64,000 nucleotides of DNA, from assembly GCA_964016885.1 (NCBI GenBank), contig OZ024741.1, positions 197,284,001 through 197,348,000 of the forward strand, in the 5' to 3' direction. Below are positions 1 through 10,934 of the stretch, in pieces. The stretch comes from Eledone cirrhosa. Its lineage: Eukaryota. The translations under genes and the position numbers were made by a program. The notes below the pieces were generated by a model. The model saw only the letters and a list, made by a program, of their open reading frames with translations. It did not search any database and was not told where the DNA came from. Numbering within the stretch: position 1 is the first letter of the stretch; every line of letters begins with the position of its first letter.

Positions 1-205
1 CGTCATTCCGGCAACTACTGCGACGCCGCTGATGCCAAGCTGTATCTACATCCGTCGTTCCCTTGGGGTCATCAGCTGCGTCAAGTGTGTGTGTGTGTGT
101 GTGTGTGGGGGGGTCTGCTGCCTGGACAACAGCTTGCCCTCTTGAACGTACCTGTCAAAGCCACATAGCTCCACTGGAGAGGACACTCAAGCGTCACGGC
201 GTCCG
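1..205 (-). mobile_element. Probable RTE-clade LINE 5' UTR fragment
   Basis: GC-rich non-coding block whose reverse complement (gatacagcttggcatcagcggcgtcgcagtagttgcc) resembles RTE 5' leaders; recognition only. Confidence 0.35.
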
Positions 206-532
206 GTTATACGACATTCCTCTCTCTTTCTTAGTCTGTCTTTTTAGATAAATACATAGCTATAATGTCGCGCCCTTATAATATGTCTCTGTATATCTGG
301 CTGTCTGCATAATGAAAACCATTTTGTACATTGACTTCGCTATCTGTGTGTGTTTACGTATAGTGTGTGTATATATATATATAGTGTGTGTATATATATA
401 TATATATAGTGTTAGTATCATAAATAAGAGACAGTTTAATTTGTACATTTTATTACAGCATTCCTTTATACGTATATATACGTATATATACATACATAAA
501 CATGTTATTTACAGTTGTATAAAAAAGAAGTA

Positions 533-594
533 TAATTGTTTCTACTTTTGGCACAAGGCCAGCAATTATCCCAGTACATTACTGGTACTTTATT
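533..594 (-). mobile_element. tRNA-SINE 3' fragment (same family as 48045-48237)
   Basis: taattgtttctacttttggcacaaggccagcaattatcccagtacattactggtactttatt matches the 3' end of other copies. Confidence 0.85.
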
Positions 595-767
595 ATATAT
601 AATATATATAATACGACATTCCTCTCTCTTTCTTACTCTGTCTTTTTAGATAGATACATAGTTATAAAGTCGAGTCCTTATAATATCTGTCTGCATTGAC
701 TTCGCTTCTAACCAACTTTTAATTAATTATATATATATATATATAATTATATATTCGTGTACATATG

Positions 768-1345
768 TTCAACAGTAATACTATACTATACTATATATTT
801 TCAACAGTAATACTATACTATACTATACTATATGTATTCAACAGTAATACTATACTATATGTATACAACAGTCATACTATACTATATATTTTCAACAGTA
901 ATACTATACTATACTATACTATATGTATTCAACAGTAATACTATACTATATGTATACAACAGTCATACTATACTATACTATATGTATTCAACAGTAATAC
1001 TATACTATACTATATGTATTCAACAATAATACTATACTATATGTATACAACAGTCATACTATACTATATATGTTCAACAGTAATACTATACTATATGTAT
1101 ACAACAGTCATACTATACTATATATTTTCAACAGTAATACTATACTATACTATACTATATGTATTCAACAGTAATACTATACTATATGTATTCAACAGTC
1201 ATACTATACTATATAGTTTCAACAGTAATACTATACTATATGTATACAACAGTCATACTATACTATATAGTTTCAACAGTCATACTATACTATATAGTTT
1301 CAACAGTAATACTATACTCTATATTTTCAACAATAATACTGTACT
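768..1345. repeat. ~30-35 bp minisatellite (caacagt[a/c]atactatactatactatatgtatt)
   Basis: Tandem units with a variable number of internal (TACTA) subrepeats; explains the spurious ORFs at 832-1509. Confidence 0.95.
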
Positions 1346-1499
1346 TTAATCTTTTAATGAAATTTAGTAGACAAAAATACCCCCACTTTCTTACTTGGAA
1401 AAAGTTACATCTATGGTGCAAATTTGGTGCCGTTTGGTCCAGCCGTTTGGCGAAAAGTTTGATACATACATACGGCCGTCAGCTTAATTTTCTTTCAAG

Positions 1500-1601
1500 G
1501 TGTTTGTAGTTTTTCAATATGCATTGTGAAGCCAATTATGTGGGACTTTAATATTGCTCCAAATGAGAGCTTGGAGGAGATCGAAAATGAATTCACAACC
1601 G
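1500..1601 (+). other. Candidate orphan host exon (102 nt, phase 1-1)
   Basis: Acceptor cttaattttctttcaag|G, donor CG|gtaaga, open frame VCSFSICIVKPIMWDFNIAPNESLEEIENEFTT; no recognisable homology. Confidence 0.3.
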
Positions 1602-1604
1602 GTA

Positions 1605-1696
<92 letters not shown>

Positions 1697-1723
1697 CGTA
1701 AAATAAGAAAATTATAAAATTAA

Positions 1724-1842
<119 letters not shown>

Positions 1843-1995
1843 CGTAAAATAAGAAAATTATAAAATTAACTTACTTACTAAAATATCACTTCCAACTAAT
1901 GCATCTGTATGTATATATATGTTACTAGATATTAATTCTTTATATATATATATATGTATATATCTTACCGATTGAGAATTCATTTTCGATCTCCT

Positions 1996-2087
<92 letters not shown>

Positions 2088-2443
2088 AGGTTGAAAATTG
2101 CAAACTCGACTGTCACCACATATCATGAACCTGAAGATTGCGAAAGCATGAAAGTACTTGTTCAATTGAAAGCATGAAAGTACTTGTATATATCTTACCG
2201 ATTGAGAATACATTTTCGATCTCCTCCATGCGAAAGCATGAAAGTACTTGTTCAATTAACACTTAGAATTTAATATTCTATCATACTATTTCATTATAAT
2301 ACCATTATATATATTTTAAAGGATTGTAAATAAAACGAGTAAATCAGACAAAGTTGGAATTCCTCTTATTAATATAATCTTCTATACACAACCATACACA
2401 CCTGTGTATATTTACCTATCTATATCTATATATATATATATAT

Positions 2444-3296
2444 ATTTTACATTCATTTAAATTATTGATGTATTGTTTTATTGATATTTTTTATCTGTTT
2501 GTCCCGAATCTTCTATTATCGATTTTTTATCGTATGGTTGATTGTAGACTTGTTCTATGTGTGACGGTATTTTAACGATAGTTATAGCTCTGATTCATCT
2601 GAATTATTGAGCCCTCTGCCGCGCATTTCGAATATTGTTTATCGTGAACTCGTGCGCCGATTTTTCGATACTCGATCTTTCTAATATTTTTAGCTCTGGA
2701 CATAGCTATCCACCAGTTAATTTTATTGCTCATTTTTTGTCGATTCTATTGAGTGATGAATAGCTTTTGTTTTATTTTAACATGTCTATTGAGCACTCTT
2801 ATTCGATATGTGTATTTCCACATTTCCTCGAATAGTTTTCACGGATGTAGAGGTTATCTCCCTTGTCGAATGCCATGTGCGTATTTCGCTTGTGGTTAGC
2901 CCCTTATCCGCTAGGAAAAAGCTCGTTGATGAAGTAAACTCCATTCCTCTTGCTCTAGTAGTCTTATATATTTATATGTGAGCTGATAGAGTACAGTCTA
3001 AGGATTTACAGAAACCCAAGAAGCTAGATTTAACACCTTTCTAGTGGGTCCGGGTATGATTTTACATTCATTTAAATTATTGATGTATTGTTTTATTGAT
3101 ATTTTTTATCTGTTTGTCCCGAATCTTCTATTATCGATTTTTTATCGTATGGTTGATTGTAGACTTGTTCTATGTGTGACGGTATTTTAACGATAGTTAT
3201 AGCTCTGATTCATCTGAATTATTGAGCCCTCTGCCGCTCATTTCGAATATTGTTTATCGTGAACTCGTGCGCCGATTTTTCGATACTCGATCTTTC

Positions 3297-3300
<4 letters not shown>
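2444..3300. repeat. Element with ~245-bp terminal direct repeats between (TA)n tracts
   Basis: 2444-~2685 is nearly identical to 3059-3300. Confidence 0.85.
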
Positions 3301-3383
<83 letters not shown>

Positions 3384-3568
3384 ATATATATATGTGTATG
3401 TATATGTATATTTAGGGTAGTCATCGAGGTTGAATTGATAGGTTGGAGCAATAACGGTCTTGTTTACGTCTCTCTCACTCACTCTCTCTCTCTCTCTCTC
3501 TCCTCTCTCTCCCCTCTCTCCCCCCCCTCTCTCTCTCTTTATATATGCCGTCTGAAGAGCTAGTTATG

Positions 3569-3626
3569 CCGTCTGAAGAGCTCAAGCTATCATAACTGAT
3601 AGTCTTCAGTGAAATATGTATAACGG
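3569..3626 (+). ncRNA. Type I hammerhead ribozyme
   Basis: ccgt-CTGAAGA-helix II (gct..ctatca/tgatag..agt)-GAAA-tatgta-TA-acgg; helix I ccgt/acgg. Confidence 0.75.
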
Positions 3627-3674
3627 AGTTTTAAATAAACCTGAATCAACTGAATATGGCAGCCAATCTTTTAT

Positions 3675-3748
<74 letters not shown>

Positions 3749-3798
3749 TAATAAAAGATTGGCTGCCATATTCAGTTGATTCAGGTTTATTTAAAACT

Positions 3799-3856
3799 CC
3801 GTTATACATATTTCACTGAAGACTATCAGTTATGATAGCTTGAGCTCTTCAGACGG
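3799..3856 (-). ncRNA. Type I hammerhead ribozyme (inverted copy of 3569-3626)
   Basis: Exact reverse complement within the palindrome 3563-3862. Confidence 0.75.
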
Positions 3857-3939
3857 CATAACCTAAAACAAACGGGGGCCGGCCGAATGCGTGGTGTTGT
3901 TTCTTTGACGGCCGACCCCTGTATCGATCTATATACAGT

Positions 3940-4070
3940 AGTAAAGGTTTGGTAGAAATATCCAAGAGTACTCAGTCCATAAGACGAGTTAAGTATAATT
4001 AGTTACAACAGTGATATATACAGGCACTTACATTTCGTTGGGTTTTGCATTCCACTCATTCAGCCTGTTA
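3940..4070 (-). mobile_element. PLE pLTR fragment with decayed hammerhead (4021-4067)
   Basis: agagtactcagtccataagac resembles the pLTR end at 46673-46693; minus strand cagg-CTGAATGA..GAAA..cctg with an imperfect core. Confidence 0.5.
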
Positions 4071-4228
4071 TGAAAAAAAGAAGTCCTCAGCTGGTTGAAT
4101 GTAATTTCTTTTATGAAGATTATTCGAGAGTTCTTACAAAGGCAGGTAATTTAGCGGTTCGACAAAAAGAATCGACTAAATAAGTACTGAGGCCGATATG
4201 ATCGGCAAATCCCGCCCCCTCTCTATAT

Positions 4229-4540
4229 ATAAATTCGCCGAAAGGTGGGTGAATGTGGCGAAAATGGCCCGATTGAATGGGTCTTCTCTGTATATAAACA
4301 TATTAGTTGAAGAGGACAAAAGAGGGAAGGCGGAAACACCTACAGAACGTGCTGTTGGTGTTGAGGGTCATTCTATCTATGGGGTGTCAAACAACCCCGC
4401 AGAAACGTTCGCCCTATTGGGGATTTCGAATGTTTAATTTTCATTATTATAATTTCTTTACACGATTTTATGTAAAACCCCTGCGCCACGTCTTGTAATG
4501 TCCCATTTCTTGTGCGCCTGTATGGTAAATGAAAAACATC
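4229..4540 (+). mobile_element. Tx1 LINE 3'-terminal fragment
   Basis: KFAERWVNVAKMARL and the 3' UTR are homologous to the ends of the Tx1 copies at 13545-13860 and 16398-16710. Confidence 0.9.
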
Positions 4541-4545
4541 TCTCT

Positions 4546-4873
4546 CACACACAGAAACAAAATGGTGTAGGACAGAACAAAGGAGAGGCACAGAAACAAA
4601 GAAAGGAATGCCCAGTCACTGAAGAGGTCACAGAGTGTGTGACGAAAGAACTATGACAATATATAAACAACTATCTGGTTGTGGAACCAACCAACCAACC
4701 ATAAATTTATAAATTTATAAATTTATTATAAATTTATTATAATAATAAATTGAAGTGAAAGCAACTGGTGCGTGTGTTTCTTATTGGCAACATGACCCTC
4801 CCAAAGTATAACAATATCGGTTTCAACACACGATTTCAGATAAAGAATCTTGCTAAACAAATTCAGAAACGAA

Positions 4874-4880
<7 letters not shown>
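4546..4880 (+). mobile_element. Solo PLE pLTR
   Basis: Near-identical to the 3' non-coding end of the PLE at 46350-46615; ends in (TA)n. Confidence 0.9.
4615..4657 (+). ncRNA. Minimal hammerhead ribozyme in pLTR
   Basis: gtca-CTGAAGA-g-gtcaca/tgtgac-GAAA-gaac-TA-tgac. Confidence 0.75.
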
Positions 4881-4939
<59 letters not shown>

Positions 4940-5125
4940 TATATAGTCTTGATAAACGCTAAACATTGAGAAACGGTCGTCGGTTATTTCCCTTTATTTT
5001 TGCTGAAGCTAGGCATGTGACAATAGTCGCTACCTTAAATTCATAGCGAAAGGGCTTCAAAATGTTTTAAAACAAACATACAGTATATTATTAAATATAC
5101 AATACGTACATTCATATATATATAT

Positions 5126-6632
5126 ACTAGCAGAGGTACCCGGCGCTGCTCGGATATTAAATAGTAGTTGTGTATACTATTTATGTCAATACTTCAGTGC
5201 TGCTTCGAAAAGTATACTTTTACAAAATCATCGGCTATTTCCAAAAGGGGGTTCCTGCCCCCCCCCCCCCAGGGGTCCCCTACTCGATATGTGCCAATTC
5301 TGAGAGTTCACATTCATCTGTAGGACAAACGTAGCGCATGTGTTAAGTTTTGTGAAAATCGGTTGCGAACTCCAGAAGTTATGACGTTTTGTTGCATTTC
5401 CCTGCAGTACTTCAGTCGACTCCAAGGAAGTGGTTAAAGTGGTTAAAGGGGTTATCGGCCGGGGGGCCCTATAATCAATATCTGGAAAAATGACAGTGCC
5501 CATCACCATCCGGAGTACATAAGTAACCTACGTCTTAAGTTTGGTGAAAATACTGTAGAAATGCATAAGATTTATACATACGCGCGTGCGTTCGTGTGTG
5601 TGTGTTTGTGTGTATGTGTGGGGTGTATGTATTTGTGTGTGCGTATGTATGTGTGTGTGTGTGTATGGGGGTGGGTGTGTATGTATTTGTGTGTGCGTAT
5701 GTATGTGTATGTCCGTCGGGGCATACGTATGTACTGGCCTAAATCTTCACTATTTACTTTTACTATTTTAATAACCTCTGTCATTTTCGTTTTCAATTTT
5801 ATTTACATCATTCTTAAACTCCGTGGCTGGAAATCATTCTGTTATTTTAAATAGAATATTAGTCTAACGACTCCATCTATACCATAAAGTTGGTCTTGTC
5901 TTTGCATGAAATTGTTCTTCACTAACCCCAGTATTAGAACAGGGAGTTCGCAATGTAAGGGTTTTATTTCTTTTGTTAGAAAACAGTGACCTTTTTCGGT
6001 TTGGCATTTCGTAAAATTCTACTGCAGAATCGATTTCATAAAACAGTACTCTATGATCGTTATAGAATTATTTAAATTTAATATAGAGCAATTGTATTTT
6101 AAAAATGAAAATGAAACGTACTGTAGTTGCCAAAAGTTTATTAACAGCGAAATAACGTTGTCTTTGATATGTTATTTTAAATAAGACAATGAATCGAAAA
6201 ATACTACTTACTGTTAGTTGTGGCTAAACATGTATTAGAAATAAAATGAAAATGATATCTGAAAAAACGTACTTGAGAACATGACTCCCTTCTTCGCATT
6301 TTAAGGGTTTTATATCTTTTGATGGAAAACAGTGACCGTTTTCGGATTGGCATTTCGTAAAATGGTACTGTATGTTAACAGCGAAAGAAAGCTGCGAAAG
6401 AACGCAGCGAAATAAATTGATGAGTTAGTATTAGAACAGGGGGAAATAACTCACCGAACGCCATAGTTTTGGGGCCCCAGGGACCACATTTTCAAGTTAG
6501 AGATTTGAAACCTCGTCTATTTGCTTCCTTGGCACTTTTTACATAGGTGTGTAAATTTTCATGTCCGTCCGACCACGTCTACTACCATTTAACCGTGCAC
6601 ATCTGAATTTCAACCACCGCCCATTTCACAAA

Positions 6633-6640
<8 letters not shown>
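5126..6640 (+). mobile_element. Non-autonomous Helitron/Helentron-like element
   Basis: Starts actagcagaggtacccggcgctgctcgg; internal aagtttggtgaaaat / aaattttcat motifs, internal microsatellite and partial direct repeats (~5958-6025 vs ~6304-6370); sits in (TA)n. Confidence 0.55.
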
Positions 6641-6711
<71 letters not shown>

Positions 6712-6894
6712 GGAGGTGAGTTTTATTGTAGTACATATGTTGATTTAAAACTGCACTGTTCACAAGTGTTTTTTAACCTTCATATCATGTCTCCCTATTT
6801 TATCTGACGAAAACGCAAATGTCATCGCATGATGATATTTGTTTTTGAAATGCGCATAATAAAATACATGGAACTCTTTTAACCATCTTTTGAT

Positions 6895-6929
<35 letters not shown>

Positions 6930-7256
6930 AAGATGAATATAAAATGAAAGTGCTTTCATAAAGGAATTTATTAGGTATTGACATATGTTTCTGTAACAGA
7001 CAGAATACCTATGTATCGCTGCTTGCGTAATCATATAATGTTAGCAAGTGTATAATCGATATGTGTATGTTCGATAGCAAATGTATAATCAGTTGTCACT
7101 TCTTCAGAGATATTGGATAAATTGGAAAAAATCAGAAAAATTGAAGTATTTATATTAGTTGTAAGAAAGGAAGAAGAGAGGGGATATATATATTTATCCT
7201 AATCAAGCCCTCTTTGGATTTTAGTCTTTAAATTTATTATTATTACTATATATTTC

Positions 7257-7306
<50 letters not shown>

Positions 7307-7310
<4 letters not shown>

Positions 7311-7932
7311 CTTCATTTTAATTTGTATATCACATATGCAAAAACACAGCACGCCATTTTTCATTCCTATATGATTTTCCCTTCGCTGTGACCTGTCTTT
7401 TTCTCTTCCCTTACTGCTATCCTCTTTCTCTCTCCTCCTTCTCTCTCCTTCTCCCCCTTACTTTCATTCACCCCCTCTGCTAGTCACCCTCTCTCGGCTA
7501 GCCTCTTTCTCACACTTTCACTCACTCTCTGCTACTCACCTTCTCTCTCACTTCCTCCATCGTCCCACACCGTGCGTAATTCTTTCCTCGCTTACTTTCG
7601 CATGGTTGGGATGTGTCTGTCGTCTTCTCGTCAATATTCGCAAGTCCTTATGTTCAAATGAATCATTGACTTGATTTTCTCATTTTTTTCCTCTCTTTAC
7701 GTTGCCTCACCATTCATGTTTGTTTACCTGTCTCTCTTTCTCCACCCAATTCTTTTTATCCCAATAACTTATTTTAGTTATTGTTCGCGCTAGCCTGAGG
7801 TATCTGGTCTTTAATGCGAAGAAATACCTATGATGGCTAGTAGATCACTGATGGCGGATAGTCCTATTTCTAATTCTTCATTTTAATTTGTATATCACAT
7901 TTGCAACAACTCAGCACGACATTTTTCATTCC

Positions 7933-7935
<3 letters not shown>
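7307..7935 (+). repeat. Element with ~65-bp terminal direct repeat, PLE-3'UTR-like
   Basis: 7307-7370 matches 7871-7935; pyrimidine-rich interior; flanked by (TA)n and (CA)n. Confidence 0.7.
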
Positions 7936-8129
<194 letters not shown>

Positions 8130-9620
8130 GAAATAATTGTTTCCCACATGTGTAGAAATATAAAGAAAATAATTAGAAAATTCAATTGCGGTCTTTAAGA
8201 AGATTTATTTAGCTTAACTTAAGCGGTTTTACAATTTCATGATTTTGAAACGTTGTGTGAGGACGTGGGGTTATGCCGTAACTGTCTCACCCCTGGCCCG
8301 AGTTTGAAAAGTCGTTCGTTTTTACAGTGAGAACACGATTCAAATTGCTATCTGTTTAGGATTCAATTTCATTAGTTCAGGATAGTCATGGGGTCGCACA
8401 AAATTTAATCAGTTCTACGTGGCGTACGTGTATAAGGGTCACGAGAAATAATTACGATAAAATGTTGGTCTGTCAAAACGTTATGGCTCATATCGGGACA
8501 CAGGTTGCACTTGGACAAACATATTCAAGGAATAAATGAGAAATTATTATAAAAAGAGAAACGGTTTAATCGAGTATCGAACCTATCTCATTGTTGAAAA
8601 TTTACCATTAGTTTAAATCACTTTGCTTTTAACTGATTATTACTAGCTGACATTCTCCCACAATTATCACTATAAAATAAGAAAATGCCGTTTGTCTGTT
8701 CTTGTTTACAGTAATGAAAGGGTAAATCCAAGAAAAATGCAAATTTTTTCGCTAAAAATGCATATATTGATCACAGATATCATTGAGTATCAGTCAATTT
8801 ATGTGACATTCCAAGATAAAATCGTTTTTTGTTTCAAAATATATTTCTTATTTGTTGTTATTGGTTATATTTGTTTTTCTAAAATATTGTATTATTTAAA
8901 AGATGTTTTTACACACATACACGCACAAGTTCTCACAAACGAATAAATAATGCACATACATACACGCATAGATGTATTACACAACCAACAATCTATTGTT
9001 TATATAGTTATTCTATTGTATCTGTCAGACAATTAGAAGCTTTGCCGGGAAATGAAGTCGATGCATAAATCAACCATCTTTGTTCTCAATCAATGATAAT
9101 TGTTGAAGGATGGGAGATGAGATCGATAAGATTATTCTATACCAGCCAAGATGTGTTCATCATGTTTAGGACATATTTTTCAATGTGTATTTGTTATCTT
9201 AAAGGGGGAAATCAAATCAAAAGTGGGTATGTGATCGATACATCGAAGACACATACTTATCTTAGTTGTTCAAATTGATATCTTGAAATTCTTGGTTTTC
9301 AAAGAAATTGAATAAAGTTGAAATAGATCAAAGGTTATTCAGATAATCACAATACAGAAATATAAACGTAATCGAACATTACACACACACACACACACAC
9401 ACACACATAACAATATCGAAAATATTGAATTGACTCTAATATATTTCAGGGGTAAATCCACCTTTCAAAGGTGCTAGAACACATGAGAGATGTGGTCATC
9501 GATTACGGGAGCTTGCTGAGTTATGATAAGGAATTATTGTCACCAAAGGCATGTCTGATACAATCAAAAGGCTTCGAAATAAAGAGAGAGAGACCACCCC
9601 AACAAAAGCAAAATGTTTAC

Positions 9621-9920
9621 AGGTGCAGGCATGGTTGTGTGGTTAAGGAGTTTGCTTTACAACCATGTAGTTTTAGGTTCAATCGCATTGTATGGCACCT
9701 TGAAAAAGTCTCTTCTACTATAGCTTAGGGCTGACCAAAAATTGTGAGTGAAATTTGGTAGACGGAAATTGTGTGGAAGCCTGTGTATATATGTATGCAC
9801 GGGAGTGTGTGTGTACTGACATTTCCTGTTTGTTCATGATCCATAACCTAGCAATCAGATAAAAGAGATCGATAAAGAAAGTACCAGACTTTAAAAAAAT
9901 AAACCCGAGATCGAAGTAGT
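9621..9920 (+). mobile_element. tRNA-derived SINE, second family (octopus-type)
   Basis: A/B-box-like head, tggcaccttg..tcttctactatagc..tgtgagtgaaatttggtagacggaaa body; a related copy lies at 27924-28100. Confidence 0.75.
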
Positions 9921-10021
9921 TCGGCATGTAACTTCGTCAGATGCTTGCTTCACTACTGGATGGAGGTGCATGGCCACCGGCATATCACAGTGATTGCATA
10001 ACTGCACCAATGGTTGCGTAA

Positions 10022-10072
10022 GAATCTGACGAAGTCACATGAATCACCATGTAACAGAAATATATATAATGC
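10022..10072 (+). ncRNA. Minimal hammerhead ribozyme, slightly decayed
   Basis: gaat-CTGACGA-a-gtcacatg/catgtaac-a-GAAA-tatata-TA-atgc; the inverted partial copy at 9925-9948 restores perfect helices I and II. Confidence 0.65.
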
Positions 10073-10113
10073 AATAAACAATTATGGTGATTTAATCCCG
10101 TCTTAACTATCAT

Positions 10114-10435
10114 TGGATTGGCAGTATCGGTAGAGAGTCGACACCATGCTTTGAAGCATAGAGTTACGTCTCTTTATGATCTGAGTTCAAATCCCGCCGA
10201 GGTTAAACTTTGCCTTTCATCCTTACGGGGTCGATAAAATAAAGTACCAGTAATGTACTGGGTAATTGCTGGCCTTGTGCCAAAAGTAGAAACAATTATT
10301 TAATAAATGATGATCTGAGTTCAAATCCCGCCGAGGTTAACTTTGCCTTTCATTTTTACGGAGTCGATAAAATAAAGTACCAGTAATGCACTGGGATAAT
10401 TGCTGGCATTATGCCAAAAGTAGAAACAATTATTT
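10114..10435 (+). mobile_element. tRNA-SINE plus tandem 5'-truncated copy
   Basis: A box tggcagtatcgg, B box gagttcaaatccc; second unit from 10312. Confidence 0.9.
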
Positions 10436-10584
10436 AATAAATGAAAACTCCATCATCCAATATCACCAACCTGGGATATACTATTGACGTGTACTGCTTC
10501 GGTTCGCCAGTACCTGATTATCATCAGGAAGTTACTACGTAACAACTAAGATAAAACAACACTCGTGTACTATATATATATATA

Positions 10585-10760
10585 TTGTTATACTTTGGGA
10601 GGGTCATGTTGCCAATAAAAATACACGCACCTATTAGTTATTACTTCAAATTAAGTTAGTATTAATATCCGGTTGGTTGGCTGGTTGGTTCGATAACCGG
10701 ACGTGGTTGTTTATATATTAGTGTAGGACTTTTGATCATTTGTCAATCTCACAGGATATG
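10585..10760 (-). mobile_element. Diverged PLE pLTR with decayed hammerhead
   Basis: Reverse complement of ..ttattggcaacatgaccctcccaaagtataacaatat; core decayed to CTGTGA..AAAA. Confidence 0.8.
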
Positions 10761-10934
10761 CTAATAGCATTGGTTATTTGATTTATAGTCAATTGCCTGT
10801 CATCCATCACCATGTGGTGAACACGATCAATGTTTTTCGCCTTCAAAAATCAGCTGTCCACTTTTGTATTGCATCCCATAATGCAATAAACCTGTCAGTT
10901 TGGAGTGGTGTTGGTGTTTGTTAAAATCGTTTTT

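Noticed and set aside
768-1345. CRISPR-like or coding repeat
   Set aside because: Contiguous tandem units with no unique spacers; an ordinary minisatellite.
10490-10545. CTGATGA on the minus strand within a small hairpin
   Set aside because: No correctly placed GAAA and cleavage triplet.
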